Source of the DNA: Acidobacteriota bacterium
Lineage (GTDB): Bacteria > Acidobacteriota > UBA6911 > RPQK01 > JAJDTT01
Assembly (NCBI GenBank): GCA_965217775.1
Contig: CBDCJH010000002.1
Location: forward strand, 1,088,001 to 1,152,000
Reading direction: 5' to 3'
DNA: 64,000 bases
The notes beneath the pieces were generated by a model. It saw only the letters and a program-made list of their open reading frames with translations. It searched no databases and was not told the DNA's origin. How positions within the stretch are numbered: position 1 is the stretch's first letter; the number at the start of each line of letters is the position of its first letter. Positions 1 to 9,991 of the stretch are shown here, in pieces. The translations under genes and the position numbers were made by a program.

Positions 1-2
1 AT

Positions 3-1391
3 AGTGGGCTGGACCGCCTGAAGCCGTTGATCCGCATGAGCCGCCACGCCGTCAAGACCATCAACGACAACATCTTCTGGTTCGGTCTGGTCTTCAATCT
101 GGCCGCGGTCATGGCCGCCTTCTGGGGCTACCTGAGCGCCGTGGGCGCCGCCGTGGTCCACCAGGGTTCCTCGTTCCTGGTGCTGATGAATTCCCTCAAG
201 CTGCTGGATCGCCGGCCGTCGGAGCTTCTTCCCCACGGGCTTCGCCACCGGCTGCACCACCTCCACCACCGGTACCACCATCTCCGCCACGACTTCCACC
301 ATCTCCAACACGATGTCCTCCACTGGTTGCACCATCGGAATCCGGCCCATCTTTTCAGGCACTTTCTCCATTGGGCGGGTCATCGCAAGAAATCCCTCCT
401 GCGCTGGGCCGCGGCCGCGGCCGTCCTGGCGTATCTGTTCTCCGGGGTCCGGATGCTGGCGCCGGAGGAGGTGGGAGTGGTCCAGCGCCTGGGCCGGCTC
501 GTCGAGGGGTCGCTGGACCCGGGGCTTCATTACGTGGCTCCGTGGCCCGTGGAGACCCTCCACCGGCTCCGGCCCGCGCAGGTCCGCACCGTGGAGCTGG
601 GTTTCCGGATCTCCGACTCGGCGCCCGGGGCCGCAGGCGGGCCGGCCGCCTACGAGTGGAACAATCAACATCGGCAGGGACGTTACCTGCGCCGGGAAGA
701 CGAGGCGCTCATGCTCACGGGAGATGAGTATCTGGTGGAGGTCAATGCGGTGGTCCACTACTCCATTGCCGACTTCCACCAGTACCTCTTCGCCAGTTCG
801 AACCTGGAATCCACCTTGCAGTTCCTGTGCGAAAGCGCCTTGCGCCAGGTAGCGGCCACGATGGAGTTGGATCGGATTCTGGCCCTGGACCGGCGCACCA
901 TCGAGAGCGCGGCGATGGCGATCGTCCGAGCGGAGGCGGACCGACTGGGCCTGGGGGTCCGGGTCCAGGCGTTCCACCTCCAGGACGTGCATCCGGCGCT
1001 GGAAGTGGTGGGTGCGTTTCGGGACGTGGCCAGCGCCCTGGAACAGAAGAGCCGCATGATCAACGAAGCGCATGCGTACGCCAACCAGCGGGTGCCCATT
1101 GCGGCGGGCGAGTCCCAGGGTCGCCAGATCCAGGCTCAGGCCTATGCGTTTTCGCGGGTCCGGCGTTCCGAGGGCGAATCCCGCCGTTTCGAACTGCGCT
1201 ACGACGCCTACCGGCAGTCCCCGCGAACGACCCGCATTCGTGTCTACCTGGAGGCCATCGAAGCGGGCTTGGCGGGCAAGAAGAAATACATCCTGGACCA
1301 GGGCTCCGGACGCCGGAAGATGCTTCTGTTTCGTAATTCGGTGTTCAATTTCGGAGACTTCGAGAAGGCGGTCGCCGCCCGCGATCAATGA
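3..1391 (+). CDS. 5'-partial heavy-metal P1B-type ATPase C-terminus fused via His-rich linker to an HflK-like SPFH domain
   Basis: Frame is open from nt 3. N-terminal part matches the last P1B-ATPase helices (SRHAVKTINDNI..., AAVVHQGSSFLVLMNSLKLL). Then a His-rich stretch, a TM helix and HflK motifs (EVGVVQRLG, PGLHY, LMLTGDEYLVEV, QDVHP..EVVGAFRDV, RVYLEAIE). Confidence 0.85.
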   Translation, partial: SGLDRLKPLIRMSRHAVKTINDNIFWFGLVFNLAAVMAAFWGYLSAVGAAVVHQGSSFLVLMNSLKLLDRRPSELLPHGLRHRLHHLHHRYHHLRHDFHHLQHDVLHWLHHRNPAHLFRHFLHWAGHRKKSLLRWAAAAAVLAYLFSGVRMLAPEEVGVVQRLGRLVEGSLDPGLHYVAPWPVETLHRLRPAQVRTVELGFRISDSAPGAAGGPAAYEWNNQHRQGRYLRREDEALMLTGDEYLVEVNAVVHYSIADFHQYLFASSNLESTLQFLCESALRQVAATMELDRILALDRRTIESAAMAIVRAEADRLGLGVRVQAFHLQDVHPALEVVGAFRDVASALEQKSRMINEAHAYANQRVPIAAGESQGRQIQAQAYAFSRVRRSEGESRRFELRYDAYRQSPRTTRIRVYLEAIEAGLAGKKKYILDQGSGRRKMLLFRNSVFNFGDFEKAVAARDQ

Positions 1392-1455
1392 CCCGGAGGC
1401 ACCGCCCGCGTTGGCGGCACCCTGCGGCGGACGCCGGTAGTTGGAGAACAAGTCG

Positions 1456-2355
1456 ATGACCCGAACTCGGAAAATAATCCGGAACCGGTTGTTCTGGATC
1501 CTGATCCTCTTGATCCTCTCCTATCGGAGCCTGTTCCTGGTGAACGAACAGGAGATGGTCCTGGTCACCCAGTTCGGCCGGCCGGTCGCCCAATACAAGG
1601 ATGCGGGGCCCCGTCTCAAATGGTTCTTCCAGGGGCTCACACGCATCGACAAACGTCTGCACCTGTACAATCCGCGGCCCTCCGAATATCTGACCCGGGA
1701 CAAGAAGAATCTCCTGGTGGAGACCTACGTCATCTGGCAGGTGGAGGAGCCGCTCCAATATCTGAGGACCGTCGGGGATCGCTCCGGCGCCGAGATGCGC
1801 CTGCACGACATCGTGTGGTCGTCGGTCTCGGCCGATCTGGGCCGGACCGAGCTTTCCGAATTGGTGGCTACGGACCCGGACCAGGTCCGGCTGGAGCCCT
1901 TGATGGAGAAGCTCACACGCGAGTGCGATGAGATCTCCCGCCAACGTTACGGAGTTCGAATCGCCTCGGTGGACGTGAAGCGGATCAATCTGCCCACCCA
2001 GAACCGCGAGAGCGTCTATGCCCGGATGCGGGCCGAGCGGGACCGCATCGCCAAGAAATATCGGGCCGAAGGGGAGGAGGAGGCCCGCAAGATCCGGGCC
2101 GAGGCGGACCGCCAAGCCGAGGAGCTGCTGTCGGCGGCCTACAAACAGACGGAGATCATCCGGGGCGAGGCGGACGCCCAAGCCACCCGGATCTACGGAA
2201 GGGCCTATTCTCGGGACCCCGAGTTCTACCAGATGGTACGGACGCTGGAAGCGTACCAGCGGATCCTGGACGACAAGACCACCGCGGTCCTTTCGGCGGA
2301 CTCTGAGTTGCTCAAGCTGCTGACCGAGGGGAGGAACGGAAGGTTGGCCCGGTGA
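1456..2355 (+). CDS. hflC: HflC-like SPFH protease modulator
   Basis: N-terminal TM; VTQFGRPV, EYLTRDKKNLLV, VKRINLP, VYARMRAER, DPEFYQMVRTLEAY motifs. GGAG RBS before ATG 1456. Confidence 0.88.
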   Translation: MTRTRKIIRNRLFWILILLILSYRSLFLVNEQEMVLVTQFGRPVAQYKDAGPRLKWFFQGLTRIDKRLHLYNPRPSEYLTRDKKNLLVETYVIWQVEEPLQYLRTVGDRSGAEMRLHDIVWSSVSADLGRTELSELVATDPDQVRLEPLMEKLTRECDEISRQRYGVRIASVDVKRINLPTQNRESVYARMRAERDRIAKKYRAEGEEEARKIRAEADRQAEELLSAAYKQTEIIRGEADAQATRIYGRAYSRDPEFYQMVRTLEAYQRILDDKTTAVLSADSELLKLLTEGRNGRLAR

Positions 2356-3275
2356 GAATCTGGTTGAGAGAAAACATTCTACTGGTGCTGGCCGTGGTCA
2401 TTGCCTTGTTCCTGGCTTCGGGGATCTACTACGTTCCCACCGATCGGCAGGCGGTGAAGTTGCGGCTGGGCCGGCTGCTTCCGGAGCGGATCCAACCGGG
2501 TCTCCAGTATGCCGCGCCCTATCCTCTGGAGGAGGTGGTCCTCTTGAAGACCAGCGAAGCCCAGCGGCTCACCGTCGGGGGAACCGATCTGGACCGCGCA
2601 CTGGGAGTGCGGGTCCTGACCGAGGACGACTCCCTTTTGAGCGGCGACCAGAACCTGGTCCGGGTCCGGGCTTCCATTCAGTACTACATCCAGGATCCGG
2701 GCCGGTATCTGTATCGGTCACAGGCCCTTCCCCGAGTCCTGGAAGTCCTTCTCTACCGCTCCCTCTCTCGAGCCGTGGCGGTCCGGGGCGTCGACGACGT
2801 GCTCACCACGGGCCGCATCGAGATTCAGAATCGGGTCCGGGAAGATCTGCAGCACGAGGCGGACCGCTTGGCTTTGGGTGTGGCCGTGACCTCCCTGGCC
2901 CTGGAACAGGTCCGTCCTCCAGAACAGGTCCGGGACGCCTTCCTGGAGGTGGCCAACGCCAGGGAGGACCGGAACCGGATCGTGCAGGAGGCCAGGGGCT
3001 ACTCCAGCGAGTTGCTGCCGCGAACCCGGGGCCAAGCCCAGGAAAACCTCCAAAAAGCTCGAATCTATGGCCGCGAGGTGGTTGATCGGGCTCAAGGGAA
3101 GTCGCAGCATTTCCTGAGTCTGTGGGGAGAGTACCGGCGCCATCCCACTGTCACCACGGCCCGGCTCTTCCTGGAGGCCATGGAGGAGATCCTTCCGCGC
3201 ACCCGCAAGGTCATTCTGGACGACGCCGGGAGCAAACAGGGGCTGGACCTGGATATATTCGCGCTGGAGGAGTGA
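2352..3275 (+). CDS. hflK: HflK-like SPFH protease modulator
   Basis: TM helix; LLSGDQNLV, VLTTGRIEI, VRPPEQVRDAF, RLFLEAMEEIL motifs. GTGA overlap with hflC. Confidence 0.85.
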   Translation: MRIWLRENILLVLAVVIALFLASGIYYVPTDRQAVKLRLGRLLPERIQPGLQYAAPYPLEEVVLLKTSEAQRLTVGGTDLDRALGVRVLTEDDSLLSGDQNLVRVRASIQYYIQDPGRYLYRSQALPRVLEVLLYRSLSRAVAVRGVDDVLTTGRIEIQNRVREDLQHEADRLALGVAVTSLALEQVRPPEQVRDAFLEVANAREDRNRIVQEARGYSSELLPRTRGQAQENLQKARIYGREVVDRAQGKSQHFLSLWGEYRRHPTVTTARLFLEAMEEILPRTRKVILDDAGSKQGLDLDIFALEE

Positions 3276-3311
3276 GGGAAGCCGGGGAGGGGGACCTCCG
3301 GGGAGACGGAG

Positions 3312-3785
3312 ATGGAACCGAGAAAATGGGTCTCCCTGCTGGCGATCCTGGGCTGCTTCCTCTATTTCGCCTCCCGCGATGCGCCCATCAGGGAAACCGT
3401 AAGGGAAGAGAGACCCGAAGATGTCCTGATCGCCATGGTCCAGGCCATGGAGCGCGGTGACGTCCAGGCGCTCAAGGAGTGCTTCGGAGGAGACCTGAGG
3501 CGGCGCCTGGAGGACCTGTTGGCGCGGGATTCGTCACCCCGGCAGTCCGAGTGGCTCAGGAGACGGGGAAGCGCCGTCAAGGGTCTGGCCATTCTGGGCC
3601 AGGAGGAACTGGGGCCGGATCAGGTCCGGGTGCTGACCGAGACGGTCTACAACGACCGCAACACCCGGCAGTCCTTCCTGTTGGAGCGGGAGAGCGGATC
3701 CTGGCGGGTGACCCAGAGCGATTTCGAAATGGTCAGCGACTGGGAAAACGATTTTGGGAAGTCGATTCGCGAGGTGGAGCGTTAG
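3312..3785 (+). CDS. membrane-anchored hypothetical protein (NTF2-like fold possible)
   Basis: N-terminal hydrophobic helix, GGAG RBS, C-terminal FLLERESGSWRV typical of NTF2-like lipoprotein domains. Co-oriented end of the operon. Confidence 0.65.
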   Translation: MEPRKWVSLLAILGCFLYFASRDAPIRETVREERPEDVLIAMVQAMERGDVQALKECFGGDLRRRLEDLLARDSSPRQSEWLRRRGSAVKGLAILGQEELGPDQVRVLTETVYNDRNTRQSFLLERESGSWRVTQSDFEMVSDWENDFGKSIREVER

Positions 3786-4022
3786 TGATTCTGGAGAGTC
3801 AGCAGTGGGAGCATCGCGCGCCGCCGTGGGCACCTTGACGACTGATTCTGGCCCGTTTGTGGCCATTGGTTGGCGCGAACTGGTTGACGGTTGCGACGGC
3901 GTGAACGACTCGAATCTCGATGCCTTTCCGGCGAGCGACCTTGCCGAAGTATGCAAACCTTCCGGACCGAAAGCATCGTAACTCTGGCTCATGCTTGTGT
4001 TTGCGACTGACACCCAGACCAG

Positions 4023-5204
4023 ATGAATCCCGAGACCAGCCCGTTCAGACCGGGGCAACCCGTTCCCATTGAGTTCTTCGTCGGTCGTGTCGACGAAATC
4101 AGTCGTCTGCACGGTATGGTGAAAGCCAGCACACAAGGCAGGTTCAAAATAGGATTCATCAGTGGCGAACGCGGCATTGGGAAGAGTTCCCTGGCGTCTT
4201 TCGTGCGCCACCTTCCCGAGCAAGGGAGCGCAGTCGCAGGGTGCCATGTGTCTCTTGGCGGCGTCCGGGGATTGCAGGAGATGCTAAGGAGGACCTTCAA
4301 TCGCCTCTTGAAGGAGAGCAGGGACAAGCCCTGGCACGGACAAATCCGGGAGTTTTTCGGAAACCATGTTCGCAAAGTGGGAATGTTCGGCATCAGCCTG
4401 GAATTGGATCTCAAGGACAGAGACCTGTCGACGGTTGCCCATGACTTCGTTCCAACCATCAGGCGGCTCATGGACAGTCTCAAGGGCCACAAGAGCGCCC
4501 TTTTTCTGATACTGGACGACATCAATGGACTCGCTGGTTCCGAAGCCTTCGCCAATTGGCTCAAGAGCATGGTGGACGAGATTGCCACTTCGGGACGTAC
4601 GGTGCCCCTCTGTATTCTCGTCGTCGGCCTCGAGGAAAGACGACAGGAACTGATAGAGCATCAGCGATCTCTCGCCCGCGTTTTCGAGTTGATCGACCTC
4701 GCGCCCTGGTCGACGGGTGAAGTCAAGCAGTTTTACGACACATCTTTCGACTCCGTGAACGCAAAGATCACTGACTCCGATATGGAACGACTTGTCCGGT
4801 TCACCGGCGGACTTCCTGTACTGGCTCATGAAATCGGTGACGCGGTATGGCGCACGGCGCGAAACTTGGACATCAGTGCAAGAGAAGTTACGGCCGGTAT
4901 TCGGACCGCCGCCGACGTGATCGGCCGAAAACTGCTGGAACCACGGATATTCGCCGCCATCCATAGTGAGCGTTACCGTTCGATTCTTCGAAAATTGTCG
5001 GCCGAGCCTCGGATGCGCTTTCGTAGATCGGAACTCGTGGATCGTCTGACGGACGACGAAAAAAGAGTCATGGACAATTTCCTGAGGCGTATGAAACAAC
5101 TCGGAGCGTTGGATGCCGATCCCGGAATCAGAGGCGGGTACCGATTTCCGAACCTCCTCCACGCGTTGTATTTCTGGATGGAGGCACAGCGAACCAGCGC
5201 ATGA
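4023..5204 (+). CDS. AAA/STAND-like P-loop ATPase (AAA_16/archaeal ATPase type) with C-terminal winged-helix-like region
   Basis: SPFRPG...FVGR motif, Walker A GERGIGKSS, Walker B LFLILDD, TGGLP motif. Confidence 0.85.
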   Translation: MNPETSPFRPGQPVPIEFFVGRVDEISRLHGMVKASTQGRFKIGFISGERGIGKSSLASFVRHLPEQGSAVAGCHVSLGGVRGLQEMLRRTFNRLLKESRDKPWHGQIREFFGNHVRKVGMFGISLELDLKDRDLSTVAHDFVPTIRRLMDSLKGHKSALFLILDDINGLAGSEAFANWLKSMVDEIATSGRTVPLCILVVGLEERRQELIEHQRSLARVFELIDLAPWSTGEVKQFYDTSFDSVNAKITDSDMERLVRFTGGLPVLAHEIGDAVWRTARNLDISAREVTAGIRTAADVIGRKLLEPRIFAAIHSERYRSILRKLSAEPRMRFRRSELVDRLTDDEKRVMDNFLRRMKQLGALDADPGIRGGYRFPNLLHALYFWMEAQRTSA

Positions 5205-5280
5205 ATCCGAGAGCAACGTTAACGGGACCACGTTCCGACGGCTGCAACTGCCAATCTGAGGGATTGATTGGTGACGAAAT

Positions 5281-5424
5281 ATGAAGGATCCAATCCTCAA
5301 GGAAATTCGAAAGACAAGGGACGCCCCCGCCACCAAGTTTCATTCTGACCTGCACACGATCTGCGAGGACCTTCGCAAGAAAGAGAAGATCTGCGGTCAT
5401 CCGGTCGTCTCCCTTCCGCGGTAA
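5281..5424 (+). CDS. 47-aa small protein resembling antitoxin-like partners of PIN toxins (possibly a remnant)
   Basis: Translated by hand: MKDPILKEIRKTRDAPATKFHSDLHTICEDLRKKEKICGHPVVSLPR. Resembles the DPIVEEIR..R....A.F..DL..I..DL...VVSL small-protein pattern. Confidence 0.5.
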   Translation: MKDPILKEIRKTRDAPATKFHSDLHTICEDLRKKEKICGHPVVSLPR

Positions 5425-5724
5425 ACGCATCCTCAAGAAGTCGTCCGTGTGAAATGGCGGAATCAGCCACTTCATGTCTAGCCCGCATTTCTCACCAGGT
5501 CGCTACGCGTATGATGAAAAAGAATTTGTTTTTGAGCATTTACGCGGATTATGCCAAGGTTTCTCCGGGACAGACTGCGCGCTGGGCGCTCGCTCGCTGG
5601 TCTTTTCGCCCTCAGCGCGCACATGCTCCCTCAAACGTAGTCACCACTACGCTCTCGGTCGCGAGCACGCGCTGAGGGCGAAAATCCTGCGCGATCGTCA
5701 CGCCCCCTTCTGAGAAACAACCCT

Positions 5725-7068
5725 TTATGTCGCCTGCGAAACTAGCTTGTAGCCGAGGAGACGGGCCTGGTTTCGCACCCGGCGTTCGAAACGTTGCCGG
5801 TCCTGGTGCTCGGTCTCGGTGATCTTGTCCTCCTTATAGTCCACGCGATCGGTGATGAGGCGATAGATGATCCGGGCGAGTTTATGCGCGGTGGCGACGA
5901 TCGCCGCCGGCGTGCCCACTCGGGCGCGCAGCCGGCGGAAGTATTGCCCGAGAGGCGATTGGCTGCGAAACAGGGACTGGGTGGCCCAGCGCAGAGCCTG
6001 GGCGGCCCGGTTCGCGCCCGGTCCGGTGCTGGAACTGATCACCTTGCCGCCGCTGATCTTGTTCTTGGGACACAGGCCCAGCCAGGAGGCGAAGTGCGCC
6101 GAATTGGGAAAGCGGGACAGATCCGGTCCCACTTCCGTGAACAGGACCAGGGCGGTCTGCTCCCCGATGCCGGGGATGCACATCAGGTCCGTGCCCATCA
6201 GTTGCTTCAGTTGCACCCGCAACGGCACCGCCGCAGCCGAGGCGTCCGCACCCTCTGAGGCCCTCGCTTCAAGCGGTAGCGTCGAGCGTTCGAACCCCCG
6301 GATCAGGACGGCGATTTCCTGATCACATTCCCCCAAGAGCTGCTGGAAGTGGGCATAGGTCTCCCGAGCTTGGCGTAGCGTGAACAGCAGTTCGTCGCGC
6401 CAGTTCCCTTCCAACGCTGCGATCAACAGTTCCCGTTTTCGGGTCCGAATCCGCGGGTGGGCCAAGTCGGCCAACCGGGCCGGATCCCGCTCGCCAGCCA
6501 GGATGGCGTCGATGATCCGCAGCCCCGAGAGTCCCGTGATGTCGGTGATCGCATGGTGCAGATGGACATTCATCTGGTCCATCGCCTTTTGCATGTGCAG
6601 CGTCGCCTTCGCGGCGGCCTTGACCAAGGTGTCGCGGTGCCGTAGCAGGGTGCGCACCCGACAGATCTCGTCGGCCGGTCGGAACGAGCCCCGCAACAAG
6701 CCCACCGAGTGCAGGTACCGCAGCCACTCGCAGTCGGCCACGTCGGACTTGCGTCCGGGGACCACACTCACATGACGGGCGTTGACCAGCACCACATCGA
6801 ACCCGTAGTGCTCCAGGATCTGGTACACCGGGATCCAGTAGACTCCCGTCGACTCCATGGCCACGCTTTTTACGTGGCACCCCTGCAGCCACCGCGCCAG
6901 GGCGTGCAGTTGGGAAGTAAAGCTGCGAAACGATCGGATCGGCTGCGGATCGCGGTCGGGGCGGATCGCGACGTACAGTTCCCGAGCGCCGATGTCGATG
7001 CCGGCGGCCTCCGGATGCACGACGTTGGGTTGGGCGCTCCGAGTGCCGGTGCGTTTGCGTCTTGCCAT
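5725..7068 (-). CDS. IS110-family transposase/recombinase (447 aa)
   Basis: DEDD motifs AAGIDIG, VAMESTGVYW, RKSDVADC; C-terminal IPGIG, FASWLGLCP, ISGG. GGAGG RBS before ATG 7068. Confidence 0.95.
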   Translation of the reverse strand: MARRKRTGTRSAQPNVVHPEAAGIDIGARELYVAIRPDRDPQPIRSFRSFTSQLHALARWLQGCHVKSVAMESTGVYWIPVYQILEHYGFDVVLVNARHVSVVPGRKSDVADCEWLRYLHSVGLLRGSFRPADEICRVRTLLRHRDTLVKAAAKATLHMQKAMDQMNVHLHHAITDITGLSGLRIIDAILAGERDPARLADLAHPRIRTRKRELLIAALEGNWRDELLFTLRQARETYAHFQQLLGECDQEIAVLIRGFERSTLPLEARASEGADASAAAVPLRVQLKQLMGTDLMCIPGIGEQTALVLFTEVGPDLSRFPNSAHFASWLGLCPKNKISGGKVISSSTGPGANRAAQALRWATQSLFRSQSPLGQYFRRLRARVGTPAAIVATAHKLARIIYRLITDRVDYKEDKITETEHQDRQRFERRVRNQARLLGYKLVSQAT

Positions 7069-7104
7069 GATGATTGCCTCCACGTTGATTTGGAAAATGT
7101 GCCA

Positions 7105-7295
7105 ATATGGAGCGGGGCGGCCAGGGCGTGAGTTCCGGTAATCTTCTGTTTGGGATGATCCTCTCTGGCTTGCTGCCAGGGAGGATCTCACCATGGATTC
7201 CGCCACCCGCCCCGGGACCAAGCTGATGACCGGGTTCGCCTCGAAAGGCTCAACGCCAGTGGGGGACCGGACTACTTCACGCCCCACTCCGAAAC
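7105..7295 (-). ncRNA. candidate IS110 bridge/seek RNA
   Basis: Lies within ~300 bp of non-coding sequence upstream of the transposase. TAGAAT -10-like box at 7303-7308 on the minus strand, 11-bp closing stem (7109-7119/7280-7290), 13-bp hairpin at 7157-7187, and 8-9 nt matches to target and element ends. Confidence 0.6.
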
Positions 7296-7527
7296 TGGCC
7301 CCATTCTAGCGAAAGCGAACCCCCCTGTTTCTCTTAGGATTTCGCCGGCCCCAGGCCGGTGGGGGAGCTGGTGAGAAATGCGGGCTAGGATAAGAACGCA
7401 GAATGGGAGCCTGCGGCGTTATAAGGAATTAAGTCTGGAGACGGTGTGGGTCATCGATGGAGAGTCCGTGTCCCGGGTGGGGAACGCTACCCGGATCGCT
7501 CAATAATTCGTACATGGGTAAATCTTC

Positions 7528-9981
<2,454 letters not shown>

Positions 9982-9991
9982 ACTGACACGG

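Larger units (their letters stand above)
5709..7369 (-). mobile_element. IS110-family insertion sequence (1661 bp) with duplicated CT core
   Basis: Comparison with the intact MITE copy places the insertion at CGCCCC-CT-GG. CT is present at both 5707-5708 and 7368-7369. No long TIR or TSD. Confidence 0.9.
5479..7387. mobile_element. MITE family A copy 1, interrupted by IS110
   Basis: Perfect inverted ends TAGCCCGCATTTCTCACCAG (5479-5498) and CTGGTGAGAAATGCGGGCTA (7368-7387). 5479-5708 is nearly identical to the reverse complement of 20948-21193. Internal palindrome TTTTCGCCCTCAGCGCG...CGCGCTGAGGGCGAAAA. Confidence 0.9.
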
